Below are positions 1-13,800 of a stretch of 64,000 nucleotides of DNA, piece after piece. Position 1 is the stretch's first letter, and every line of letters begins with the position of its first letter. Source of the stretch: Adineta vaga (lineage: Eukaryota; Animalia; Rotifera); NCBI GenBank assembly GCA_021613535.1, contig CP075495.1, positions 12,090,001 to 12,154,000 of the forward strand, written 5' to 3'. The position numbers were made by a program, and so were the translations under genes. The notes under the pieces were generated by a model. That model worked only from the letters and a program-made list of their open reading frames with translations, was not told where the DNA came from and did no database searches.

Positions 1-2222
1 CTAATGAAACATTACAAATTTACAGCAGCTGAAATTATTGCTTGGTTAAGGATATGTCGACCGGGATCGGTTATTGGACCTCAACAAAATTATCTCGAAG
101 AGTAAAGATTCTCGTTTAGTCATTCATTCATAATGGAAAATGATTGTTTCTAGAAAACAAGCGTGGCTATGGTCATTAGGTGATATGTATCGAATTAAAG
201 ATCGTCCACGATATATGTCAACTTACGGTATCAATTCTACTATGGATACGACTGGACATAATCTACTTCGATACTCAATAGGAGACTCTAATAATAATAA
301 TGATGTACGTATTTTATCTATCAAAAGGAATGATTTTTTACTCATAAATGTATATATAGGTCATTTTCAAAGAAGAAAATGATAATGAGATAACACAAGG
401 TGATCGATTGAATGAAATAAAAGCGCGTCGTATGCAGCAACACCATTCCACAGGACCATCTCATTGGGCTTCTCCAAACGTTAATGTGACGTCGAGTTTA
501 ACGTAAGATTATTTATTTCTTTTCTTCTCTTTTTCTTGTTTTGATGAAAAGCCTTTCAAATCTAAACTAGTGCGAAAAAGAAGCTTTTGCATGTTTAACA
601 AAAAATAACTAATCATTTAGATGTAAATATTGTAATAAAACTTATCAGTCATCAGCAACATTGATCAAACATATGAAAAATCAACATACAAATCAATTCT
701 CCGTTACATGTAATCAATGTATCAACAGATCATTTTCAACAAAAAAAGCTTTACAAATACATCAAAATCGTATGCATAAGAACAATAATGCTATCGCCGA
801 TGGTGGTGGTACCGCTAGGTACTTGAGATTAGTTTCTAATCGCATGGGTGAATTGTTCATGTTGAAAAATCATGATCATAGGAAAATAGTTGTAATTAAC
901 TAATCAACAAATTGTTTGGGAAAATTTGGTTTTTACTTTTTATTTGTTGCTCGCTATTCATTTTTATTGCTCGAAAGCTGCTCGTTGAGTGATAGGGAAT
1001 GGGTGTTGTTTGGTGTAAGAGAAATATTTTTTTCTAGTCTGTTCACAAGACCTTTATCGCCAGCAGCAATCACGGATGATGAACATGTAGCACCACTTCG
1101 ACTATACAAGAACCGTGCAGTTACGGCTCCTATCAATATTCATGAAACACATCGATCGACTCTATTTGCTACACTTCATTCACAAAGGTGTTTTCATGAA
1201 AGAAGATTTCAGATTGCCTTTGTCATATATATATCAACTGTCCTTTCGCTTTTATATTTTCAGTTGTTTCATTAGGCATCCTCTTTTTGCCTGTTTGACC
1301 GTGTGTATAAAAACCGTTCCTTTTATGCATGATTTAGTACCTTTTTGGTGATAAAAAATAACAGGCCAACGCTAAATGTTTTCCATTGTTTTATTGATTT
1401 TATATTAAAAATTTGATTTTCTTCATACAGCTTTGATCCATCGTCGACATACAAACGTGCTCAAACAGCATTGATATCAACTGGTAGTGTTCCAATTCAT
1501 AATGTTTCATCATCGATGAGTCCATCGGCTAATCTACGTCGTAGCTATGCACCGGTATCAAATACACCTTCGAACACACTATTGAATTCTAATACACGAA
1601 AACCTCGTTCTTATATATCTCCATCAGCATCAACAACAAAAACGTAAGATTCTATATAGAGAAATGACATTCTTAGGATCAAACACTTTTATTTAGCAGA
1701 AAAGTATTATTAATGAGGCAGAATAAATAGAATGTTTAAAACATTTTAGTAAAAGATACGTTTATATACGTGATAAAAAAGAAAGTCTAATTGAAAAAAG
1801 AGAAAGATAAATAGATCTTTTCATTATTTATTGACGTTAAAATTTCTCTCAAAATATTCAAAAGACATCTATTAACATAAATAAATCTGTTCTTTTTTTC
1901 TTTGTTCTATAATTGAATTCATTGTATATTCTAGGCCAATGTATTCCAGTGGACGTTATATGACTTCAACATTGAATGATAATATGGGCACAACATTGAC
2001 TATATCTGATAGTGATAATCGTGATCCTGTTTCATCAGCGATATTGAAAACTTCCTCAAATCAACAATATCGTGGAAAATCACCTGTAACCAATAATACT
2101 CCATTACCTACTCATTCTTATTATACACGATCAAAATCGGTAATTGATTGCAAATTAAATTATTTCTTTAATAAATTTATCGATTTCTCTTCTATTTAAT
2201 TTAGTCTTATTCCAAATACTAA
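1..2222 (+). CDS. CDC14: CDC14-family dual-specificity phosphatase, 3' part (5' end outside window)
   Basis: Exon 1-101 reads [34 protein letters not shown], the Cdc14 [13 protein letters not shown] motif. Further exons: 154-304, 360-502 ([13 protein letters not shown], conserved Cdc14 tail motif), 621-818, 1038-1187, 1431-1643, 1935-2139, 2205-2222 (stop TAA). All junctions are GT-AG and frame-consistent. Confidence 0.9.
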
Positions 2223-3651
2223 AATACACCAAGACAGAGAGAAAAACGAAAAACGTTTTGTTGCCCTCCAATGCAATCTCTCTCTCTCTATTTGTCGTTC
2301 GTTCCCTCATACACTTTCTTGTGCCAAATTGTGTGTTTTTTCTTTTTTTCAATGAGAATTGCTTTTCTATTCGTTTTGTTTTTCTTTTCCTTGTTTTTTT
2401 GTAGTTGCGAGACTTTTTGCTTTAATAATTATGGAAGTTTTTTTTTAAGAAAGAACAAGTACTCTCTTTGTCTCTTGTGTGTATGCATTTTTTTTGTTAA
2501 GCTTATTTACTGATCCTGCCGCTATTACTGATGCTTTTTTTTCTACTACTACTACTACTCTCTCTCTATATATATATGAACGGAATTTTTCTTGTCCTGT
2601 ATATGTATTCTCTTGTAATTTAAAACAAAAAAAAATATATAACGACGAAAAGACAAGAAAGAAAACAATTGAAAGATTCATTGTAGCGAATAAATTATTA
2701 TCAATAATTGGATTTCGTTTGTTTCTTTTATTTAGCTTATATTACATGATTGACAGAACCAGATTGTCATAAATCTATAGATATAAATCTCCTTTTTCTC
2801 TCGTAATTATAATCAGGTTTAATAATAAATGGAAAGTTTATTCAAAATACTATAGATCGATTTGACATGTTATTCAAATCTTCCGACTATTTACACTTTC
2901 AATCTGATCGTTCTCCAGTAACGGATATTTGATCAAATTATTCAATGAAATCTTCTTCTTTTTGTTGAATAAAACTTGTATAATTATGTTGTTCCGGAAT
3001 ATGATCATTATCCACGTTGAGTTAGTAATACTTATGATTACAATTTTTTTCCTGTGCTTGTTTAATGACTCCTTTTCTCAGTCGATTCACAGCCTGATGA
3101 CTAGAGCATTAAGTTAAGTAGTTCATCATCATTCTTTCTCATTGTAATTGTTAACATACAGGAAATTCTGATTGAACAACGAAAAAAAGACAAGGAGAAG
3201 ATAAAGCAGAGAAAGAGCAAGAATACGGATAGATAGAGAGATAAGAAAGAAATAGAGTGTGAGTAAATTCTCTGGAGATCTCATTTCTTTTTGAGAAACA
3301 TTCATCATCATTTCTCTCGCTTTTCTTTCTATTTTTATACCAATTTTTTTCCAAAATGGTAGCATTCAGTGTTGTGTATGTAGAGCAAGACGATAAAGAA
3401 AGAAAAAGAACAGAAAATAAGAAAAAAAATCTATAAAATTGTTAGAATCGAGAGAAATGTGATGCGGTTTGATAGAAAACGTCAAGCTCAATGAAAGAAA
3501 ACATAGAAGAACAAAGAGAGAACGCGATTCGAGAAACATACTGGACGGGAAAAGTGAGGAAAGCACGTCAAGTAACTGAAGCAAACGAAGGATAGCATAC
3601 AAAGACACATGCACACACGAGTTTGCCAGTTGAACTTGTGAGTATCCGAGA

Positions 3652-3675
3652 AAAGAAGAAGAAGAAGAAGAAGAA
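3652..3675 (+). repeat. (GAA)n microsatellite in purine-rich 5' region of the Piccolo-like gene
   Basis: aagaagaagaagaagaagaagaa is seen directly. Similar GAA/TTC tracts lie at about 31050-31078, 33277-33298, 42979-43000 and 59996-60015. Confidence 0.8.
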
Positions 3676-3845
3676 AGGAAAAAAAAGGAAAAGACAAGAA
3701 CAGAACAGAACATTGCAAAATAGTACTACTGTGCAATAGCACAAAAAAAAGAATATTTAATTAATATGATTGTAGCATGGCATTAGATCATACGTCTTTG
3801 TGTCTCCGGTCGTTCAGTCGTCCTCCGCCCATTTTGTCTTGCTGA

Positions 3846-6800
3846 ATGTTCAATTCATTGAAAAGGTGGGTGCAAGATGTGACGGTCGATCTTAATCCGT
3901 CACTACCACCCTTATCATCATCAACAGCAACAACAATATCATCACCTTCATCTCCATCCTATTTATCGTTATCTTCAAAGCCAAGAATCATACATCCATA
4001 TTCATATTCTACAGCGTCTTCAAACGAACGCTTAGCAATAAATCCATCATCATCGTCGAAGATGGGTCTCTCGAGACCAATATCGATGGATAATGTACGT
4101 AGTACAAAATTAATAAATACTTTCATGCCACCACCACCACCTGCATCACCTGGTGAACTTGATTTAAGTCATTTAAATCGCGAAGAACAAGAACATATTG
4201 CGAATGTTTTAAGACGAGCAAGAGCAGCCGATGAACAACAAATATCAGTTCCACCAGTTATTGTCCATTCCATACAATCGCCACCGGCATCAATAGTTTC
4301 GGCGTCATTATCGCTTTCAGCATCATTATCATCATCGACATCTACATCAACAAGTGATTTCAATAGTGAAAAACCGGAAAAATATGAACCGAACGATAAA
4401 AATACTAATATCGATAATCACGAAATGTAAGTAGATTAGTTCTTGCATGTTTCACTTTATCTCATGAAAAGTCACATCAGTGCAAACCTGCTTTAAGATT
4501 TTCACACATCATTTATTTCGATAAATTTTCTAATTAACTTTGTCGCTTTAAAGGTGATGCATGTCGTACGAGACAATAAAACAAATTATTTCTTTTCCGT
4601 CTTTTCTTCCTTCTCTCTGTAACCTTGTATTTTCCAGACTCTTTTTAAATCTCTCTCAATATATATATATATATAAATATTTAGCTAACACGCAAACAAT
4701 GATAAAAAACAAAAAAAAGTCTCAGGTAAAGAAAATGTCAATTACAAAAAGATTACAGATAAATATATTTTTATCAGAATTTCTCTTTTTTCGTTTTCTC
4801 TCTCAGTCAATCAAAAGTCAAAATGCTTTTATTTGAGAAATCATGTGAAAAAAAAACTTGCATTCGATCTATTTGAAATGATCGAGTGTATTTTTCTTAA
4901 ATTTGATGATGGATGACTTCTCACAATATTTTCATTTCTTTATTATTCATAGATATAAAGATCAAGAACTTTCAACGTCACCATCACTAGAATCAATAAC
5001 AGCAATAACTATTCACCGATGTCAAGTATGTAATGAAGAGCAACAAATGAAAGAAAACACACCAATCTGTCGTCAGTGTCAAAACGACGAAGAAATTGCT
5101 CAATTAATACAAAATAATACTATTCCTGTAAGTAGAATTAAATGTTTTGTTGACGTTACGAATCAACACTTCAAATATCCTTTTTTGTTTCGTATTTTAC
5201 TAGCATACGTCGATAAGAAAATCATCATCTCCTGTCCAAATAGAATGGAATGAGAATGAGAATGAGAATGATAAAATCTACGATAGTGTCATAAGGATTG
5301 ATCAGGAACTAATAAAACAAAATTCCCCCATTGAAGAGTATGCATCTCATCTGGTAGTTCCTCATTGCATTGACAATATGAATGATAATCAAGAACAAAA
5401 TGAAGATGAAGAAGAAGAAGAAGAAGAAGAAAAATACGAAGATGGAGGAAAACAACTATGTCAATCATCAAATCTTGAATCGTCACTTCCCATGAAAATA
5501 CGATCAAATAATCTAACAGAAATCGATGAAAACGATTTTTTTTATCAAGGACCAAGTTCTTATATTGCAGCAATAGATGATAATCAAATGCTCGATAAAA
5601 ACGAAGAAGTATCAATACCATCCTATAAAATCGATGAATACATTGATGAAGATGATAATGACGAACGTGATCATGTTAAAGAACTTGAAGAAACGATCGC
5701 AAATTTATCAAAACATTTACCACTTACATCATCACAAGTTAATAATACGGAAACTACAGGAATTACTACAAATTTACATCAACCATCAAGTTTATCCGTT
5801 GGTAAAATTGATATTGATTCAATTCTTGAAATGGAAATTGAATCACCATCAACAGATGAACAATATATAGAGTCGTCTTCATCTAATCGACCTTGTTCAG
5901 TATCTTCTCAACATCCTCTTAATGTGCCTATTACTGTACCGATATCATTTAATAATAACCCTCGAATAAGTCTTAGTCGTTCGTCTGGTGTACGCGAAAA
6001 TCTAACTGATTTATTGTCAATGACAACAGGAACATCATTATTAACAGATACAGCAACAGCAGAATCAACAACACCACAAGAATCCTATTATTCCGATCAT
6101 CGACCATTACAACGAACAGCATCAACTTATGGCAAGGTATAATTTTTAATATTAATTTAATCGAGACACGAAACTAAAATCTAGTTTAGTTAGATTCATT
6201 ACATTTGATGGATGTTTTCTATTTCTATGTAGTTTCGACCAAGATGTACTACACTATCCATACAATTAATAAGAAAGCTGTAGGCGATCTATTATTTCAT
6301 TAAAAACAAACTACATCCGCCACCTCTCTCTCTCTCTCTTTTTCTCTCGTTCTCTCATAGAAAGTTCTCTTCCACACAATTTATAAATATTGAGTACATC
6401 TTCGAATTACCTAGAGAAACATTGTAATTGGTTTTTCTTCTCATTTAGCGTATGATACTACCAATGCATCGACAAAAACGTAATTTACCATCTGTACCAT
6501 CAATTATGGATCAATTACAATTGCGACGCGTTAACTCGGAATCTCGCTTTAGTCTTCCCGCTGTCCCACCAACGATTCTTATCACAAATAGTAATATTGA
6601 TGATGAAAGTGATCTACTTGAAATTGATCTCAATGATCCATCTGGTTCAAAAATTCGAGCAGCACGTTCAAAAACAGAATCAGAATTAGCTAATAATAGT
6701 AATCAGACTGATTCTCATCTGAGAACACTAAGTACAACAAATCAATTACTTTCGATGGATGAAATAGTTACACCAAGAAAACCAGTAAAACAATTACGAG

Positions 6801-9363
6801 ATCAAACAACTAATACACCACCAATATCGAGTCTAACATCATCGTTTAAAATGAAAAAGAAATTAAAGAAAAAAGGTTCTTCATCACCAAGTAATACTAA
6901 TGGTCATCATACAACTTCTACACATACAAATGGTCAAATATCACCAACACGAACTAATCCACTACCAATTGTAGTGCCGTCAACTACACCAAATACCAAT
7001 CGTCCAAAATTACAAAAGGTTTTTCTTCTTTTATTTTCAATAAATAAAGATTCATATCTATTTTTTTCGTAGAGTACAAGTACTGATATGTTATATCCAT
7101 TTCCTGTATCTAAATTACTATTAAGTCATGATAATATGAATCCATCTTGTCAAGGTATAGATTTTTTGTTTTATAGTTATAGTTATTTGTTTACCTATTC
7201 TTTAGATGGAACTGATCTTGGTCTTCGAATAACAGGTGGACATTCGATAGCCAATTGTATGGAAGTAACTGCCCGTATTGAACATATTGATACTGAACAT
7301 AGAAATTATAATATATTGAAAAATGCTGTTCAAGAAGGTAAAGTGAAAATCTTGATTAATTTCTACTTAAACATGAACAATATAGGTGATGAAGTTTTGG
7401 AAGTCGGTGGAGTATCATTACGTGGTAAAAGTGCTTTATTCGTTCAAAAATTGATGAATTCAATACAAAATGAATTTGAAATTATTGTCCGAAGGTAAAG
7501 AAAGAAGAAAAGAAAGACATGCTCAATCCTATGTTTTCTTATTCTAGTAAACATGTTATACCACCTATTTTGCCTCCGATTGAAATTCACAATTCAGAAA
7601 AAATCATTTCAAATAATTATTTCAAATCAAATCTACCTATTTCGCAAAATTCATTAACAGTTGATACCAATACTCAGCGAAGACATTCAATGGATACATC
7701 ACAACTTTCTCTCAATCATTCAAATAATAATACTATTGTTAAATCACAATCAAAAATCGATAATTTAAATAAAGAATCTGATCAATTTCTTGTACCAGCC
7801 AATGTTCGAAAGAAAAGGGTTTCGTCAAAAGAATGTCTTTTTTCTGTTGAATCTCTTCATCGTGGAACAGTAACAACAAAATCCAATGAACATTTAATGA
7901 AAATTGCGACACAATCATCAGATACAAAACATATCGATGATGGATTACATAATTCATTAGTACAGGAACGAAAACAACAACTAATAAAACGTCATGAAAA
8001 AGAAGTAGTACCACTGGTAAAACAAACATCATTAAATATAACTACACCAGAAAATGTAACTTATTTCCATAATAAAGAGAAAAAGATAAATATTTTCTTT
8101 TCTTTTCAGAAATATATGAATGAAGATACGATAAATTTAAATAATCCATTACAACCACGTCGACTTTATGAACATCGAAATAGTCTATTACCAAATGATC
8201 CCGGTTTAAATGGAGCTGGTAGTAAACATCATATCGATCGACAAAATTCAAATGAATCGGATGAAAGTGATAATCTTTCTCAATATTTTCTTTCACCATC
8301 AAGTCGAAAAAGTAGTTTATTACCAACAAATGAAATAACAACTACAACAGATTTCTCTCGTGAACATAAACCAAGTATAGCCTCGATGGATAATGAGACT
8401 GCAATCGATGCATCACGACGTTTACAAAAGTTTATACGAACATCGGAAGATAATCGACAACCGAGAAGATCAATTGGTGATGCATCTATGGCTTTTCAAA
8501 AAACAGAAGGAAGAAAATCATCTACATCTGCTTTTGGTTCATTTAAATTTAAAAAGAAAAAAAAAGATTCGATAGATTTATCAAACCAAGTGAGTATTTC
8601 AATAAGAAAACAATGAACAATATTAAACTTTCAAAATTTCTCTTATTTTAGCCAAATGAATTACGTGAAAATGATTATGTAGGTGATATTGAATTACAAA
8701 TAGGACATAATAGTGAACGTGAACAGTTAGTTGTCCGTGTTATTCAAGCGAAAAATCTTCTGGCAAAAGATACAAATGGTTATTCAGATCCATTTGTCAA
8801 AGTCTATTTATTACCAGGAAGAGAGTAAGTATCGATAGGTCTATTATAGATAACAATAGGACGAAATAATGTCTTCCTTTTTGATGACAATGATAAATTG
8901 AATAATGATATATCTTCTTTTTATTCTCATTAGTCAAGAGAATAAACGACGAACAAAACATATTCCAAAAAATTTAAATCCAATTTGGGAACATACAGTT
9001 GTCTACGGAAATATGCATCGAGAAGAATTACAATATAAAATGTTAGAATTTACACTTTGGGATTATGATCGTTTTAAAGCCAATGATTTTCTTGGACAAG
9101 TCACGATTGATCTAAAAGGTATATAGTTTATTTCGATAAATCTTTTTCAATTCATTTTCTTTATCATTTTAGATGCTAAAGTAATCGATGATAAACCACA
9201 TTGGTATCGTTTACAAGCATTACGTTCACGAGATGAAATATCTAATCGTGGTTCATCACCACGTTTATTTAAAATGACATCAACCGACTCTACTGCTTCA
9301 TCATCATCAGTATTTATTAAAACAAATGTTAACGTTCAATCTTCTAACAGTCAACGGAAATAG
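3846..9363 (+). CDS. Piccolo/RIM-family presynaptic active-zone scaffold (Rab-binding-like helix, partial Zn finger, PDZ, C2)
   Basis: ELDLSHLNREEQEHIANVLRRA (RIM/rabphilin-type N-terminal helix), CxxC-x12-CxxC at 5020-5079, PDZ (YPFPVSKLLL...DLGLRITGG...GDEVLEVGGVSLRG, about 7073-7495) and C2 (DTNGYSDPFVKVYLLPGR...NKRRTK...WDYDRFKANDFLGQV, 8652-9230). Multi-exon, stop TAG 9361-9363. Confidence 0.8.
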
Positions 9364-10815
9364 TCATATGAAATTGAATATCGTATTCGATTTTGTTTTG
9401 TTTTTCTCTTTTCCTATTTTTCTAACATATTTCATGTGTACATTATCTAATTCAGATAAGAACATTCAGATGCATATCTAAGTTCAAATTGAAATCTTAG
9501 AAAAATAACAAATTTCTGGTGTTTCTTTGTTTTTTTTTTCTCTCTTTCTATAAAATGATAAATGAAGAGATAACCAGTTTGATTTTACATTTCATTCGAT
9601 ATTCTTTTTAAATATTAATTTCAAAATACAGAGATAAGAATTCTTGTTAAACATCTTGTTGTCCAATACTTTTTAATAAATAACATTCAATGTAAAAAAC
9701 AAAAAGGAGTGATTCTTTCATTTGTAATCTTTCTAAGTATTTGTTTGTCATATTTATGAATTACAGTTATCTTTTGACAAAAATAGTGCTTGCCATAGAT
9801 TTGAGATGCTTCTTCAAAGGATAAAGTAAATTTGGTATAGAGAACTCTTAGATCTCTTTTCTTGTAGAAAGAAATAAATGAAGAACTTTTCAGATTCTTT
9901 GTATAACATTCTATTTATTAAAGTACATCATTGACGATGAATTCTATACAGATCTTTTCGAGCATGAATGAATATAATCAATTCAGAAGTGTCTAACAAT
10001 ATTCTTTCATCCACTAAATTCTTTGTGAAAGTAAATCAATAGATTTCCGTTTGTGGTTGAATGATTTTACATAGTATAGATAAGATAATGTTAAAATAAT
10101 GATGTAAAAGAAACAATTTGAATAATTTAATTGAATTATGATGAAAAGAATGGCTCTCTCTTCGATGTAATAATAAATCATGTATATCTTTTGCGCTTTT
10201 CAGGGGTTTAGAGTAGAAATAATAATAGATATTTTTATCACTACAGTTTAACTCATCGAATACCGACAGGGAAAGCATTGAATCCAGAATCCTAAAGTTT
10301 CTATGAAACCCTGAAACCGATATATTCATACGGATGTATTAATTCTACTAAAATTCGTCCGGGGTCACACTGCTCTATACACGGATCAATTTTCATCAGT
10401 TATAGATGTCACTAGTCGACAAGTGATAGATTAAAAAGAAAATAAATTTCAATATTTGATTGTCTTCTTATTTCAATTGATAAATTTCATCGAAAATAAT
10501 GATGAAAAAAATGTTTAATTTAAAAATAAATTAATCTTAATCGTTTAAAAATCACATCGATCATTATAGGTAAATGAATCATTGGTGTCGTCGTTATTAT
10601 TGACGAAATCGAATACCTCCTATCAATATTTGATGTTTTTTTTCTAGGACACGTGATTTCTTATTTCTCTAATCAAAATTGTCCAATAATTTATTATGTT
10701 ATCTTGGAATTTGCCTTTATTTTCTTTCGTGTGTTAATTAATATAATTACATGAAAGAAAATTTTCGACTTGTTTTCTTTTTTCATTTCTAATATATATT
10801 ATCTTTTCGCTGCGA

Positions 10816-13800
10816 ATGTCCCTTTGCCGTCGGCCTATTCGTCGCATAGCCTTAGCAGCAAAAACTGGTTCATTTATTAATAAAACAATTCGAGCAAGTT
10901 TCAGTCAACAAAATATATATACACAATTAGAACCAACTCATTTCGTAAGTCATTAAAAATATGTTCATTGATTTCTTTCACGTGTGTAATCTATAATGAC
11001 CTTGATTAAATAATCGTTGATAAGAACACATGTGTTACGTTCGTGTATACATGCATGGTCAATATAGTTAAATTCCGCATACATAATTGTGGTTTTCTTT
11101 CTTTTTTTTCTTTTTCAATATGTCATTGTCATTGAAGCATTCGTGTTTTTAGAGAAGTAAAAAAATGATGAGTGAAAATTTAATGACGAAGAGTTCGTCA
11201 CCATCTTGTGAGAAGAAATATGATGCTGTAAATAATTCGATGAGAAATTTAGAGAAACAAGTAAGACAAGCTATACTAAGAATAATTTCTAATGCTTTTA
11301 TGCTCAGCTCGTTTTTTTTTACTATCCGAATAATGATATATGAAAAATTGTTGAAGAATTCGACATTTACCTTCGAACTAACAGATTGTTTTGATTATTA
11401 TACTTTCTTAAAAATGTAATGATAAAACAAAAAAAGGATCGATAAACTTTTTGATAAGAAAAAGTATTCTTTCTCTATCCAACAATAAATAAACTCATGA
11501 TCATGACGTCAGTCTAACTTATCCTATTCGTTATCAACAAACTATTTCACTATTTATCTATCCATTTGAATCGTCTCTTCAATCTTTTCATGCATGTCAA
11601 TTCATCCGATTCAAATAGTCATTCCTATGTTTTGGAACGCAATTCACGATTATCGATCTCATTACCAATCTATCATTCATGGTCACCACATAGTCGTCGT
11701 CATCATTCATCTGTTGAAAGAACCCTCCAGATATCTTTAGATAGTAAAGCAGTTGTAAATAAACTTCTATTAGATGTTCGTAAAAAGATATATAAACACC
11801 ATTCAGCTAATGAACAATCTCATACTAACGAGGTAGATGGTTATGCATGTTAATAATATTTTCTTTTTCTTGCTTTTTTTGAAAAAAAACACGAATAATT
11901 AATATGTTTATTCTTTGTATAGACTAATCAAGAACCTCAATTAATTGGTGAAGAAAGACAAGATGATGTTGTTTTTAAAATCTATTTGAAACGAGTTCGA
12001 CATAAATCAACTACATCTTCAACATCTTATAGTTCATCTTCAACTATTCATACACTCACTGATGATAACAATGACACGGTTTGTAAAGATATTATATGAG
12101 AATATAGTAGGCAATTGTCTTCATTTTAGAGCAAACCAACCGGTGATACTCAAACAAATGATCAGGGAACATTATTATATTCAACAATAAAAATTTATCA
12201 ATTAAAAGCTGGTACACTTGAAAAGATCATTGAATATTTAGCAAATGGTGATGGTGAATTGGATACAACACATATGCATATTTTATTTTCAACTTATCGA
12301 ACATTTACAAATACTCGAACATTAATAGATACAATTATTGCACGATATCAAAGTGTTCTTCCAGCATCGCTAGATATGACTGAAGAGGTTCGACGAAAGA
12401 CTCTAAAGTATGAATATATCTCTTATGTTTTGTTAGATCATTGAATGTATCTATTTCGATTTATTTTAGGAGTCATCGTACGGCGATAACATGTCTATTG
12501 AATGCGTATAAAGAAGATTTTTGTGAGCCACCTTATTATGCAACATTAAATCATTTATCAGCTCATCTATCTGATGATGAAATACAAAAACAATGTCATA
12601 GATTATTAGAAGAATTGAAAAATGAAGAAGATAATTTGACATCCGATGTCGATAAAAATAATAATTCGAAAAAGAATTATTTAAGTTATCAAAAAGGTTT
12701 TGATTATTTAATTCCATGGAATCTACTTGAAATTTCAAGTACAATCATTGCTGAACAATTAACAATTGTTGACGCTGTATGTTTTCATTGAGAATTTCTT
12801 TTTTTTCGAAAATTTTAATCATTTTTTTTAGGATTTATTAAAACGTGTTTTACCATATGAATGTTTGACAATTTCTACCAATGGTTGTGCTCGTCGATCA
12901 TCACCAAATCATTCCAATCGATTATTATCAACTGTTGATAAAACCATTGACTTTTTTAATGCTGTTGTTGCTCGAGTAATTGCAACTATACTTAAAGAAC
13001 AAGATGAACAAACTCGATCACATGTGATCGAAAAATGGATTGATGTTGCACATCAATGTCGAAGATTGAAAAATTTCTCTTCACTAACAGCAATTTTAAA
13101 TGGATTATTATCTGGATGTATTTATCGATTGACTACAGCTTGGTCTTATGTTACAGAAGATTATTGGTCAATATTGGAAGAATTAAAAAATGTTTTTGGC
13201 AGTTGTGCAGATAGAAAACAAGCACGAGCTATTCTTGATAAGGTAAGATTATTATACAGCTAATTCATTCCATAAATCTTTTGTAAAAAATTTCATAAGA
13301 TAAATATTAAATCATCTCTTCTTGTAGCAATTAGACGAACTTCGTCTCACTCTACCAGACTACATTGTAGGTTTGAATAAATTACATATTTTGCATGCTG
13401 TTATATTTGTTTGCTTGTACACACACACACACACACATATATTTAATCTGCACATAGTTTTATTGTTTATTAAAAAAATGAAAAAGATTAGTTTGCATTT
13501 GGTGGAATGTTTAGTATGCATGATAACTAGATTATTGCACTCTTTTATCATTATAACTAATGTAAATAAAGTTCATTTCTAATTGATAAGTATTTCTATT
13601 TAGGAAGGTACAGCGAAATATGTCGATATGACAAGCGCAATTAATGCAACACTTGGAAGAAAATTTCGTCATAAAACATCACGTGATCAATCAAAATCTG
13701 TAGATTTTTTAATAATTCAAATGAATTAGAAAGAATTTTATTGATTCCTTTTTTAGGTTATGAATGGTACTGTACCATATTTAGGTATTTATCTAAGTGA

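Noticed and set aside
2155-3742. Many Phe/Leu/Ser- or Lys/Arg/Glu-rich ORFs in the ORF track
   Set aside because: They arise from T-rich 3' UTR and purine-rich 5' tracts; there are no motifs or splice-consistent structure.
6232-6278. Candidate micro-exon in the Piccolo-like gene
   Set aside because: Its 47-nt length does not keep phase 0 between the flanking exons.
10196-10320. Imperfect inverted repeat tttcaggggttt / aaaccctgaaa, possible MITE
   Set aside because: Only about 11 bp, imperfect, with no clear target-site duplication or second copy in the window.
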